NCBI RefSeq assembly: GCF_963676685.1
Contig: NC_092347.1
Span: 29,140,001-29,204,000, forward strand
DNA: 64,000 bases
Direction: 5' to 3'
Source of the DNA: Mytilus edulis
Taxonomy: Eukaryota
The notes under the pieces are model-generated. The model was not told the origin of the DNA, made no database searches, and saw only the letters and a list, made by a program, of their open reading frames with translations. The position numbers and the translations under genes were made by a program. Below, piece by piece: positions 39,201-54,200 of the stretch (position 1 is the stretch's first letter; the number at the start of each line of letters is the position of its first letter).

Positions 39201-42200
39201 TAATTTTACAAGTTTATACACAAATCCCAGTGATTTTGAATTTTTGAATTTTTGTCAAAGGTTAAAGATTTCAAGTAGTATTAAACTGTACTTTTCTGGG
39301 TCCTCTCGCTGAGCTTAAACTAGGAAAACTATGTTAAAACAGTATGCTTGAATATTTCAGTTTTGATAAGGGAGATGTCTTTACTGTGTTAAATGAGATG
39401 GGAAATTCCTGGTTATGGGTGAAGTCACAGACCTCAGGGGAGCATGGACAGATTCATGGAGCTTTAGTGGAAGATCTGGTAAAGAAAAAAAATTATATGT
39501 TTAAAAGCATTCTGGTCTTTTAGTGTTTCTACCAAGAGAAAATTAAAGTTGATTAACAGGATAAATGTGCTTTGTTAAAGTTAAAGTTATATGATTTAGT
39601 TTCTATATTACTACACACAATATTAATGAGCAAAATTAATTGTGTTGTATAATGTAATCTGTTGTGGTTTAACCAGTATACAATACATTGTATGTTTACT
39701 CTCTTGTAACACAAGTTCCATACTATTATCATTAGTTGCTGTCTTTCATCTTTGTTTTTTTTTGCGTTTATTGATTTGTCAAAATTCAGATATGGCATAT
39801 AGCTGATGAATAGATGAAAAATGCCACAGTGTTTTCATATTTATTTTTTAGAATGGAAACATTGATCCAGACGAGAGTTTATGCTATTTTCAGCCAAACA
39901 TTTCAAAAGAAGATGCTGTAGAAAAGCTAAGACAAGGTAATGTATCTACCAGGGGGGAAAATAACTATTATTGTCAGTATTTAACATGATCCAACCTTCA
40001 ACATCCTGTGCAAAAGCCAATTACAGATGATAAAGTTCACTTAGAAAATGAAATATTGCATAAAACAACTTGGGTTTGAAAGTAATGTGTATACAGTACC
40101 ATTTAATGCTCTTGAGCATTGTTCAAGGGAACAAAATCAACCCTCCGTCACATCCCATATTTTTTGAAACATCGTTTAATCTACCTTCTTAAAAAAATTA
40201 AGTGAACTAAATCAAGAAAGGGAAATCTTTAAAAATAAAAAAGGCAGAAATATATGTATATTGGTAGATATGGCAAATAAAAAGACAAGAGGTTTGACTT
40301 GAAGCAAGGCAGATATGGCAATTTACAAGCCATGAAGATAAGGCTAAAAGTAAGGCATATATGTCAAATAAAAATCTGGAAGATATGACAAATAAATGTT
40401 GCAACATTATAAATAATGAGAAAATATGTTCTTTATTATAGGAGGTCAAGGCAGTTTTTTAGTCCGACCAAGTGAGAACTCACCAGGAAATTATTCGTTA
40501 TTTGTACTATGTGACAAAATAGTACAAAGGTTTAGGATAGAGAAACATGAACGTCAGTTACTGATGGGAGGAAGATACTTTGACAGGTTTGTGTCCTTTG
40601 TTTTATTTTTTAGAGTTGGAAATTTCTCCAATTCTTAGCTGATTTTTCCTTTTTCTGACCGGTTGATTATTTTTTTTAATCAATGTGTAATCAATGGGTG
40701 GTTCGTTTGATCTCAGTTCTTCATTGGTCAAAATTTGATTATGACGTCAAATGTTCTTGTTTTTCTCTGAATTTCTTATTGTGAATTCCTGAAAATAGGC
40801 GACCCTATCTGATGACTTTACACAGAAAGAACACATCTTTTTGCAGGCGATTCAGAAAATTTAAAAATATTGATATCGACTATAAATCTTTAGAGAAACA
40901 GATTCCACCTCAAAATCTCATCCAATGTGATATTTATCCACTCAAGACAGTTAAATTTTAAATATTTAAAACGCTCGGCAAGCATCATGTTTTACATTTG
41001 ACAATTGAACTGTCGAGTGGATAAATATCATTTTACACTAGATGCAGTGGTAAAATCTATATTTCTAGCAATATACTGCTAATAAATTTTAAGAGGATTA
41101 AGCTGTACATTCTAAAGAAAAATTATGAAATAAGCAAATAAACATCTTTAAAACTATATAACTAAACACAAGGATTAGTATGTAGTTTTCAAAAACATGA
41201 CTTACATGCAGCCCAATTAATGCCATATTTTAAAATTTATTTACAAATACCTTGATTGAAAAGTAAATTTCATGCCATGCTATATAATAAAAATTTGTAG
41301 TAACTCACCCTTGGTCAGAAATTCAGAGTGTTTCATTTTATTTTATAGTTTGGATGGTATTATAGAGCGTTACAAGAAAGAAGAAATCGTGGAGGGTTTT
41401 ACACTAGTCACACCAGTAGTTAGGGTAAGGAACTATTATATTTTTACTTCGACCACAAACTTGAAAATCCTTATAACTGGCAGTACTTAGGGTAGGAAAC
41501 AATTCTATTTCTACTTAGCTACAAACTTAAAAATTGAAAAAAGTATTAAAATTTAACTATGTAAAACAAACTCAAAACATCTAGTATTAATGTAATGTTG
41601 TTTATTGTATGCCATATAGAACAGAACAGAACAGAACATATTTTATTTCCAATTAAGGGCCCACAAGGGGCATACAGAGTATACATGAATAAGGCAAAAG
41701 AATATTGATTTGCATAGATACATAGATACAAACAATTTTATTTTTTTTACATACAGTTACAATACAATTACTAACTCATATTCACTTTAATAAATTTACC
41801 AGCAGCATTAAGGACCTGATTGTCTTCACAGTTTAATAAATAAATAAATTTATGCTGATTATCAAGTATAGAAAAATTTGGAATTCTTTGACAAACAAAG
41901 TCAAAGAGAGCATCTCTATCTGATTTAAAATTTTCACAGTTAGTTAAAAAATGGATTTCATCTTCAACACAGCCAGAGGAGCATTTTTTGCAAATTCTTT
42001 CATTTCGTGGAATATTTGAAAAACGACCAACTTCAATTTGAAGCTTATGAGCAGAAATACGTAATTTGCATATAGATCTTCTAAAATCAAAGTTCTTAAT
42101 TAAAGAAAGATAATTTTCATAACCAAAATTCTGCTTAAATTTCACATAATTAAACAGTTTTCCATCAGAAGCTTTATTTTGGCTAGCATACCAATTGCTA

Positions 42201-45200
42201 ATATATTTAGTGTGAATTAATTTACTAGATATGTTCAAAAATTTATATTGTCCGAAATGTTTTACTTCTTGTTTAATTTCAAAAACTTCTAATACTTTTT
42301 TAACAAATGAGAACCAAGAAGTTATGTTAGATTTGTGAAGCTCTTGGCTGCATTTATAAGCATCTTTCAATAGACTGAATTCAGTTGTAAGATTTTCAAA
42401 TCTATACCAGTATTTTACAATTGACTTTACAATATCATAATGTAAGGGGAAATGTCCCAGTTCTGATAATACAGCAAAATTGACACTCCTTTTGTGTACA
42501 CCAAGTATAAATTTAGAAAATTTAAGATGGAGATTCTCACACTTAAGATTTTTAAAAATATTTTCAAGATTAAATAAGGAAGACTGTAATTTATTACAAG
42601 AGACATTATAACCTCCCCATACCTCTGAATTATATAACAGAATGGGTTTAAGGGTATGATCAAAAATATGAACACAAGATTTTATTCCAGGAGACAAATT
42701 GATAAAATCCTTTCTAAGTTTAAAGTAGGCCTTAAGAGCCTTATTATAAAGTTCAGTTTTAGCTAGATGAAAACTTCCAGAAGCAGTAAAGTGAACACCT
42801 AAATATTTGTAATGAGCGACACAGTCAATCAAGTTATTCTGCAGTCGAAAATTCTCCTGAATTTTCCTTCCAGCCTTATTAAAAATTATGACTTTAGTCT
42901 TTCTAATATTAACTTTCAGGCACCAGTCAGCACAATATTTTTCTAGCTGATCAAGTCTACTTTATAAATATATGCATGTTAACAACTAAAGCTATTATGT
43001 AATCATTTATTCAAATTTGACTTTCTTAACAGTATTCTGTTGAGTCTGCAAGGCAATAGTAAATCTAAAAAAAAAACAAAGAAAAACATGTTACATGTTC
43101 ATCCATGAAACAACAACCCAACATGAAAAATTAAACAAATCTAAAAAAAATATGACAGATATGCCTTATTGCTATTTGTCTGCCATTATTGGACATAACA
43201 AACTTTCTTGTAAAATTTTGACGCCACTATGGAAAAGTGATTGTTGTATGGATTCTCAGGTCAAGCGGTGCAGATTTCCAAATAGCTATAAGGTCTATTG
43301 ATAAGGGTAATGGTCTTAGTTTTATTTTCAAATTATTTCGTTTTACAGGAGACAGGTCAGAAGAAGAAGTCAGAGCTTGATGGTTCTGCAGATGATTTGT
43401 ATGAATCAATTAGAAATACTTCACAGGGTACCTTCATCGGGAGAACCAACAAGTTTGATTTCAAAGGATTCTTACATATAAGAAAAGGTAAAGACAATTA
43501 TCCATACAGTTTTTTTTTTAACAGCATGATTTAATGTGCACATATTTTGAAAGAGGTCGTTCAGCAATATTTCAGTAATTAAAAGAGATAGATGTATTTT
43601 TATTTTGATTTTCTGCTGAATTGGCCAAAATCTGTGTCTTAATCAATTTACTGTACCTTGAAAATAACTCGTTAAAGATGTCAGTTCCAGTAACTTTTTT
43701 TCTTATTTTAAGATACCATTATCTTATATTTTCATCAAATTCTTGATCACTCAGTTAAGTCATCTTTTGAATATATTATGATTTCTTGATTTCATTTTAC
43801 TCTGTTTAGCAAGAAAGATACATTATATAATTTACAGGTACACAGAAGAAAAAGTGGAAAAATATGTTTTTTGTGTTGATTGGTAGTGAAAAACAACTGT
43901 GCTATTTAGAAAATGAAAAGGTTTGTTTTAAGAATTGAAACATTGATAGATAGGAAATAACAAATGCACTAAACAGACTCATTACAATCAACATGTTCTA
44001 TCAGGTCAAAGTCCACTCTAGATATTTGATTTTTTTCAGTACATTGAAATTGAACAAACAGGATATTATAGTCCAAGAAGTAGGACTGTCATAATGTGAA
44101 ATAAAGAAATATTTAAATTGTCACTCTTTTATGAACTCTAAACAATCCTGTTTTCACAAACAATATTTTGTTGTCATTGAAGTCCTGACCCGTTGATATT
44201 GCTGTAATTTATTTTCAAGATTGTTTAACTTTGTAAGTGTATTCATGCAATAGTTGATCCCAGCTTTACTTTTTCGCTTTTTTGTAGTTGTTAAAATACA
44301 TCTTTTTTTAAATTTTTTAATTATTCTTGTCATCTTCAAAATTTTAAATTAAATTTATTTTATCTGTTTAAACAAGGAAAAATATTTATTGAAACAATAT
44401 AAATGGAAAATGGCCTCATTATTATCTGCTTGAAGTAGACAATACAAATACAGGGTGATGTTTTCTTTTTTCAGAGATCTCGACCTAAAGGCTTGATAGA
44501 CTTAAATTTCAGCTCACTATATCCAGTCCATGACAGCTTCTTTGGCAGGTATGAGATTATCAGATGAACATGTTTAAGACATATAAGTAAGGAATAAAAT
44601 GAACTAAGTATCAAAATGTCAAATTTCTGCAATTAAAGGAATTTCAATTATTAGATAGTACAAATTTATGCATGTTTTGCCTTCTTGCCATGTACATAAG
44701 TCAAAAGGGCAAATTTGTTCTTTCATTCAAAATTAGTCTTTGATTGTTTAAGTTTTATTGTAGTCTAACATTGAGTTCCTCTTGAATTTTATCTTTACCC
44801 TACAAGTATTACAGGATAGTACTATAACAGATACTAATACAGAAGTAAAAGATGTAACTTTTACATTCCTATAACTGACTTGAATTTCAGTTAGAATCAA
44901 TTATTTTATGAACCAAGCATAATATAAATGTAAAATGTCCAGTTGTTTCCTGTTGATATTTTATCCTTACTATACAATAACTACTATATAATTTCAGACC
45001 AAACTGTTTCCAGTTAATCACCAATGCCAACCCCTACAACCATTTCCAGTTATATTATCTCTGTGCTGAGAATGGTGATGATGCACAGGTAGGTTTAGAG
45101 CTCTAGAAAAGCATTTAAAAAAGTGGGGTATACTGTTTTACCTCTTTGTCTGTCTGTCTGTCTGTCTGTCCGTCCCATGAAAATTTTTCGTCACATTTTT

Positions 45201-48200
45201 CTCAGAAACTACATCATAATGATTTCTGAAATTTGGTTTCAGGGTTTATATACATGTAAGTCAGCTATACCATGTATTGCGTTTTCAGATTCATCACTCA
45301 ATTACTTCCTGCTTAAGGAACACCTACATATTTTTACACTTAAAATTATCCATATTTAGGCGGGGTATATTCAGTGAACAGTAGCTTGCAGTTTAATTTG
45401 TTAATACTGTGTTTCATCAAATTTTTGCATCAATTAGTTCACAATTTAGATTTAGATAGGAAATTTAAATCTTGCTGTGTTTCATTTTTCATTTCATTGC
45501 TTTATACAATGCAATAAACAGTGAATGTTTTAATAGTGTGAATTTTTCTGTAAAATTAGTAATATTAAAAGCACTCCTTATTCTCAATAAATGTGTTTTG
45601 GGGGCATGTTTTAGCAGTGCCAAATGCTTTAAATTATTTGTGAATTAAGATATGATATGACATTTCAGCGATGGTTAAAAGTTCTTAAACCGTACTGTGT
45701 AAACACTCAACCCATCAAGTCACAAGCCATGGCAAGAAGATTGAAGGAGTTACGTACCTTGACGGTAGAAATTGGTGATGCCCCTCAGTTACCAACTAAA
45801 ACCTTACCACACCCTTATTGTATAGTGAATTTAAATAGCACAATTAAAGTTTGTCGGACAGCTGTGAAGGAAGAATTAAAAAGTTACTGGGAGGAAAAGT
45901 TTGTCTTAGAGTAAGTGGTAATTGTCTGAATTCAAATTGTTTCATAGATTATTTTTTTGCAGGAAAAGATATATCTGAACTTTTTGTTTGTTCATAATAC
46001 TCATCTTCACTAGCCAAGGGTTACGGTCCACTCCAGTTCTCTCAACCCTTTGCAGATTGAGCTAACGTTTGTGATATCAATGTTGCGCCATCTATCGTAA
46101 GATTAAAGTTACACCCATTCTGAATACATTATTCTTGACCAATGGTAGCACTTGAACTCTTCAATTTGGAGGTAAAAACACGGTAAAGCCGGAAACAAAA
46201 TATATGTCAACATTCATGCATTTGTGCATGAAACATACACAGGAACTTCTATTAGTTGATTAAAAACTTTCAAGTTGTCACTAAATATAGTCGTATGTTT
46301 AGTGATGTAAAGACTTGTTGCACAATAAACAAGTGGCAATTGTTTACAAACACTTTCTACATCTCCATTTGATCATGTTATAGACGCTTTTTGAGTTTCT
46401 ACTGCAACCAATAAAAATCCTTACCTTTTGTCTCTGAAATTTTATCTCAATCCGCCAAGGGTGAAGAGAACAGGAGTATATCCTAACCCTTGGCTAGCGA
46501 AGATGATAATACTAAAGCATTCCTTGCCAAATTTTGAATATTCAGTATTTTATGTGGACTTAGAAAAGGGTATAAAAGATGAAAATATTTTTTCTTCAAT
46601 TATTACCGTTTTTTTGTAGGATTTAGCTTCCAAGATTTTAAATTAATTAAAACTATGGTTAAACCCCTGCTTCAAAGGTTAAATGCATTTTTCTCAGGAT
46701 CTACAAATCATATGTTCTGAAATTTTATATCAAGCTTTATGTGAGCATACTAGACTGTTATGCTATATACTTATGAGTTATCACTACTAGATATCTTTCA
46801 ACTTTATGTCCGTAAATTCTTATAGTGGGGGTATCATAAGTATACAATAACTCGCATTCTTTCATTTTCCTTGACATAACAGAAATGGGTATGAATTTTG
46901 TCAAATATACATAATTTATATAAATATTTTGATATGAGCGTCACTGATGAGTCTTATGAAGACGAAACGCGCATCTGGCGTACTAAATTATAATCCTGGT
47001 ACCTTTGATAACTATTTACACCACTGGGTCGTTGCCACTACTGGTGGACGTTTCGTCCCCGAGGGTACCACCAGCCCAGTAGTCAACACTTCGATGTTGA
47101 CATGAATATCAATAATGTGGTCATTTTTATAAATTTCCTGTTTACAAAACTTTGAATTTTTCGAAAAACTAAGGATCTTCTTATCCCAGGCATAGATTAC
47201 CTTAGCTGTATTTGGCACAACTTTTTGGAATTTTTGATCCTCAATGCTCTTCAACTTTGAACTTGTTTGGCTTAATAAATATTTTGATATGAGCGTCGCT
47301 GATGAGTCTTATGTAGATGAAAAGCGGGTCTGGCATACTGAATTATAATCCTGGTACCTTTGATAACTATTTACTTATTAAAAAAAGTTTGCAAAATAGA
47401 ATACTTACTACTTAGATATAAGAAGATGTGGTATGAGTGCCAATGAGACTCACACTGAACAGCAAACTATAAAAGTGCCCCAAAAATGACTAATGTAAAA
47501 CCATTCAAATGGAAAAACCAACGGTCTAATCTATATAAAAACAAAGAAACACTTATGAACCACATCAACACCTACTGAACATCAGGTTCCTGACTTCAAG
47601 CAGTTGCAAACAATTGCAGCAGGTTTTATAAGTTACCAACCTTTACTCCTATCTGAAACAATAGTGTTATTCCTCAACATAGAAAAACAAAATCTGTATT
47701 TAAAAAAATATGTTTATTCTGTGGGATATCATTTAAGTAATGCTATTTTTCTCTTTATTGTTAGAGATATACCAAGTGATGTAGATGGTTTCAGCATTAA
47801 TGTTTATAATCAAAATAGAAGATCAAAAGATACAGAAATTGGTAGGTCTTAATTTGTGTTGTTCTTTATATGATGACTATGTAGATATGATCACATCATG
47901 TTATTGTTCAGTTCGTTGTTTGAATATCCTGTAGGAGCAAAATTATATATTAGCTACACATTGGATGTTTTGTCAGCAACTATAAAGGAAGATTTATAAT
48001 TACAAATTGCATACTTTACTCTATTTGTCTCTCCCTATACAAGAAAATATGAATTAGGTAAAAATTGGAGGAAACCGCTAAATTCCATAAAAGTGTACTA
48101 AAAGTTGAACTCTTTTTAGCTCACCTGGCCGAAAGGCCAAGTGAGCTTTTCTCGTCACTTGGCGTCCGGCGTCCTTCGTCGTCGTCCTGCGTTAACTTTT

Positions 48201-51200
48201 ACAAAAATCTTCTCCTCTGAAACTACTGGGCCAAATTTAACCAAACTTGGCCACAATCATCATTGGGGTATCTAGTTTAAAAAATGTGTCCGGTGACCCG
48301 GCCAACCAACCAAGATGGCCGCCATGGCTAAAAATAGAACATAGGGGTAAAATGCAGTTTTTGGCTTATAACTCAAAAACCAAAGCATTTAGAGCAAATC
48401 TGAGAGGAAGTAAAATTGTTGATCAGGTCATGATCTATCTGCCCTGGAATTTTCAGATGAATCGGATAATCGGTTGTTAGGTTGCTGCCCCTGAATTGGT
48501 AATTTTGAGGACATTTTGCTGTTTTTTTGTTATTATCTTGAATATTATTATAGATAGAGATAAACTGTAAACAGCAATAATGTACAGCAAAGTAAGAACT
48601 AAAAATAAGTCAGTATGACCAAAATAGTCAATTGACCCACTAAGGAGTTATTGCCCTTCATAGTCAATTTTTAACAATTTTCTTAAAATTGGAAGATTTT
48701 CAATAACATTTTCCACAGAAAGTACTGTTATAGATAGAGATAATTGTAAGCAGCAAGAATGTTTAGTAAAGTAAGATCTACAAACACATCACCATCACCA
48801 AAACACAATTTTGTCATGAATCCATCTGTGTCCATTGTTTGATATTCACATAGACCAAGGTGAGCGACACAGGCTCTTTAGAGCCTCTAGTTATACCTTT
48901 CTCCCTCAAGAATGCTTAACTTCTTAAATTCTTAGATGACAAACTTGTTATGTGTATGACATAGTCTGTGTTAAAGGAGTATGTTCATGACATAGTAGTA
49001 AACTGTTTATGTTTGTCACAGTAGTAAACTGTTTATGTTTGTCACATTAGTAAACTGTTTATGTTTGTCACAGTAGTAAACTGTTTATGTTCATGACATA
49101 GTAGGAAAATGTTTAGGTTTATGTCACAATAGTAAACTGTTTATGTTCATGACATAGTAGAAAAATGTTTATGTCATAGTGATAAACTGTTTTTATATGT
49201 TCATAACATAGTAGTAAACTGTTTATGTTAATGTTTTAGTGATAAACTGTTTTTATATGTGAATGACAGTGTTGGATTGTATTTTACAGCTCAGATTGTG
49301 ATAAAATATCAAGATTTTGAGGCTGGAGAGACCCTTGATAAATGGTATCCCTTACATCCTTCTAATAGTATAATAAAAGGCGGTGATGTGGGCTCCATTA
49401 GAATCAGGGCTAGGTACCAACATGAGATTATCATGCCTGAAGATAAATACTCCACATTAAAGGAGGTAAGACCGACCACTAGCAAGGTTTCTAATCCCCT
49501 AAAAGTAAAAGCTCTGAATTAAAAGTACTTTAAATTCAGAAATTATTGCGAAAAATGCGACAGAGTTGTAAATGCAATAATTTAAACTTGCATTTTGAAA
49601 TATTTCATATGAATTAAACATGTTAAACAAAATTGTAAAAATTAAAATGGCAGTTGAATCTAAAATGACAAAATTGCAATAATTTCTGAATTTACAGTAG
49701 TTTTTAAAGGAACCGGATCTGAGGCCATCAAAAGCATGGGTCAGTTCCAACCTGCATATTATCACGGCGAAGGATAAATGGAACATATTACTGTTGAAAG
49801 AGATGCTGAATACAACTCTTTTTGTGCTAATGTGTCATAAAGCAATAACCAATTAATCAATGAATACAACTGAAATATTATATTGAAACTTTGTTAGGTG
49901 TTTATATTCTGTGAAGATGTTAGGAAATCAATTAAATGTTAAGTATTTATAAACTGTTAAATTGGGTAGATATTTATCATCAGTTTATTTTTGACACTAA
50001 TAAGCTTGGGATCTCTTTGTTAGCCATATAACTAAATCAAATATTTTTGTCTTTAAAGTTCAAAGAGGGTAATTTTGGGGAAATTTAAACCTCAGAACTC
50101 ACTTTTAACTCTTCTTTATTCAAATTTATTTTGTTTTTTTTGGTAGTTATATTATTTAAGTGTCTTTATTAATTTCAGCTTATATTAAATGGTGATCTGA
50201 TAAACTTATTAGAACTTTTCAACATGTGTAGCAGTGAAAGAATTCCACTAGCCAAAGCTTTACTACAAATTTTCAGACACGAAAAGCAAGAAAAAGTTAT
50301 ACTGAAAACTATGAATGATTTTGAAATTAATAGAGAAGGTAGGTTATTAGAAATATTGATTGATTGTTTGCTGGAACTCCAGTGGCAAATATGTCCTTCA
50401 TGTTCAGGAAGAGAACAAATGAACAATTAAATCAATAAGTATATCCTGCAATTAGCTTGACATGTGCTTGGATTAGCAATGAAATAAAGTCTAGCATTAT
50501 AGCAAGGTCAAGATGATCCAGAGCATTAAAGTAAGATGAGCTTTACATTAATTAATAACCATTAATAATGAAATGGAAAAAAAAGTTGGAGCAATAAATT
50601 AAATACATTTTGATTAGTTTAAGGATTTGATAGAATTCTGTAATCCATTTACTAACAAAATATTTTATGAAAAAACAAGAAACAATTCATTTTCTGATTT
50701 ATTGATTCTAGTTACATTTGTAAATGATGTTTTCACACAGATGTAGATGAAATACAGATGCCGATGAAATACCATGGGTAAAATGGTAAATGCTATATAT
50801 TTTCTACATTCTTCATTCATGAGCCATCAAATTTCACAACTCTGTACATTTCATGCTGATATTCCTATTATATTTCAGAGGAAGTATCTACATTATTTAG
50901 AGCTACGTCTCTTGCCACAACATTAATGGACCAGTACATGAAAATGACGGCTTCACAGTTTGTCAGTGACGCTGTCAAGGAATATATCCTAAAGATTATA
51001 GACAGTAAACTGTCGTGTGAGGTGGGTACTTTAGTAATTTACAACAATTGCTCTTTTTATTAATTGAAATTTTATTTTAGTGCATGAACAAAATCAGTTA
51101 TTTTGAGTTTTATCAGGAACAAGATGTTACTGTATACAAAAATTGTCTCTTGCAACTTTTGTTTTTAACCAAAATTTGTATGGATTATTTTCAGGGTTAG

Positions 51201-54200
51201 ACCATGTTAGTATAGTCAGACCTCAGTCTCATTTTCATTCTTCAGTAGTCTGGTTAAGTGATCAGGAATGGGTCTGTTTATCAATAACTAGGAATGATTG
51301 GTCAACAAATGTTTGGAATGTGGGTTGGTTGCGAGTAGTATATACCATCACTCTTAGTTTAATACCATTGAAATTCTTTCTGATTTTTAAAGTGGGAAAT
51401 GTTGGGTTGTTTTGTCACGTTTGAAATAACATTGTGTTTATTTTTAAGATACTGCACATTATAGCAATAGGTCAACTAAATTTTGAAAAAATGTAATGAG
51501 TGTAATGTGTAAATATCTGTCTGGCAGGATTCATCTGACCAGGACCTCATTTTCATTTTTCATTGGTCAAAGTTGGGTTTATTTGGTGAATAGGAGTGTT
51601 TTTCTGATACTTTAAGCAGTAGGTCAACTATATTTGGTGTAAGGTGTCCATGTCCATCTGACCTTGACATCATTTAGATCATTGATAATGTTTAGTTCAT
51701 ATAATATCTTCAGTTAATCTTTTATCATAAAGACTTTTAACAAAAAATTAATCATGTTCACTAAAGCAGTAGAGAAATTTCAGCATAGGCACTCTTGTTG
51801 AACTATACAATAAAATGGAATTATTTTACATAGGAAATCATATGGTTTTGTGGTTGGAATTCTAATACATATAACAGTATTATCTGGTATTATACATGTA
51901 AAGTGTCTGTATGATGATATTTTACTTAGGAAATCATATAGTTTCGTGATTCTCCTACATATATTATAACAGTATTATACATATGAAGGGTCCCTATGAT
52001 GATATTTTACATTACAGTTAAATCCAGCCATGTTAGAACCAAATGAAAACATAGTCACTAACAGGGATAACTTTCAGAAGAATCTGACAGAAATGACGGA
52101 GAGTATATTTAATTCTAAAGACAGCTGTCCGCCGTAAGTGTATAGTTTGTTAGTCCTCAGAATATTAGAATGTGGACATGTTGTCTTCTATATGTGTAAA
52201 CCATTTTGTGTTAGTCCTTTGTAACTATTCAAATATAGTGTGATGGCAATGTTACTGTTCATTTGATTGTCTTTTTCTGAATTTTCTGGTGATTGGTGAG
52301 GCATATCTCTGTGTCAACAGTTTATTGTTGATTTCAGATGTGTAGATAAACCAGGAATATGTTTATCAAAGTGCAAATTTATGTGGGCTTGTATGCAGTT
52401 TTTGGCAGAACCAAATAAAAAAATCAAATATATAAAAAAATATTACAGTATTTTTCTCAATCCACAAAGAAATTGATATCCATGAAAATTTAGATATCCA
52501 CACTCCTAATCTGTGTTGTTTTACCCAACCTGAAACAAATTATACCTTACATTAAATCAGTCCATAAATGAAATTAAGTGACAGGCAGATATTCATATCA
52601 TGATATATAGAGAGAAATGACGAACAGAACACTATTAGAATCCTGATCTGAATCAGTCAGAACAATCCTCATTTAAACATAACATTTTTTTGTAAATGGA
52701 AGTCAGCTGAGATATTTCTACCAATGAAATGACATTTAGTGTACTGAAGCCATAGATTACGTCTGAATAAGATTTGTATATCTTGTCTGGCTTGGAAATA
52801 AAGCCTTGGGTCAAGATTTCAGTTTTCATATCAGCTTAAATTTTTATTTTTTGATATATTTTTTTTGTTTTTTTGCCTGAGACATTATTTCTTTAAAAAA
52901 AAGTTAAAAAACATAGCAGTTAATTGATAATAACATGTGAAGGAAGAGAAATTGGCTGAATGAATTAGGTGCTACTTGAAAAGAAATAGATATACTACAA
53001 TAAAAACACATTGAACAAAAAATGTATGACCAATCACCATGTTCTGTCGTGTTTGATTAGGCCTATTTTACTTCAATGTTTAAAAACTTAGCTATTAATG
53101 ATATTATCTTTTGTAGAGTTTTACGCTATATATGTGGTTGTTTACAAAAGACTGTTGCTGTCAAATGGCCCAGTGATGACAGTGTGAAGACGAGGGTTGT
53201 AAGGTAGGATAGTTTCAGACCATATGCATTTACATATTTCACAAAATCCAAAAGGAACCTTCTCAATGGTCTTTGGTACATGTGCTCTTTTATAGCTTCA
53301 GAGCTGCAGCTTGTCACAACTACAAATCTGACTTTGCTTCTCTGTTGAAAACAATATTATGAAGCAAATACTTGGTGGCTATGAGTCAAAATGATGTGTC
53401 CATGCAGTGTGAAATTTTCTTGTCTCATTGGCAATCATACCAAATCTGCATATTTTTATATTGTTGCAAAATGTCAGTTTGTGAGCTAGCACATTAAAAA
53501 TATAAATCAGAAGATTTTATCCTTTTTATGATGCAAGTATAAATATTTGCTGCTCAATGAAAGTAGAATATTTTATAGTAACTTTTCTGATTCAACAATG
53601 GGATTGTGGTTAACAATCTGATTGATTCGTCAATCAACTAAATGTTCACATATAAAATAATAAGTTTAAATTACTGTGATGTTTAATTCATGGGAAAGTG
53701 TGACAGTTACTGGTTTCACAATATTAAAGATGTGCATTCAGAATTTCAGTTATGATTTTATTTCACAAAATTTTTGAAATCTCGTTAATTTGATCTTGAA
53801 TTTTGACCTTTAATCAGTGGTTTACAATGATTTAGTTCACACTTTATTCTGAATTTACAGTATACATATTCAACATTTCTTGTTTTATTACATTTCAGTG
53901 GTTTTGTATTTTTACGGTTATTGTGTCCAGCTATTCTGAATCCAAAGTCTTTCAACTTAATTACAGGTATGTTATGTTTCTTAGGGTTGTACCCAACACC
54001 TTGACTAAAATTAATTTGGCGCGTTCAATTTTCAAAAAATATTTACTTTGACCCTTTGAAAATAATTTAAAAATTTCAGAAAACTTGAACCAATCACTTT
54101 CTTAGAAAAAATGGTTGAATAGATAGCAGTTTGACAAACACTTTATTTTGATCATTGAGAAGCTAAATATTTCCTTAACAATACAAAGTGATTAAAACGT

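Larger units (their letters stand above)
46920..47373 (+). mobile_element. Non-LTR retrozyme: 355-bp unit between two hammerhead-containing direct repeats
   Basis: ~100-bp direct repeats at 46920-47019 and 47275-47373, offset exactly 355 bp, each with a hammerhead core; no credible protein product. Confidence 0.82.

Noticed and set aside
47012-47254. 80-aa - strand ORF within the retrozyme
   Set aside because: No recognisable domain, non-ATG start, and it overlaps a structured non-coding repeat.
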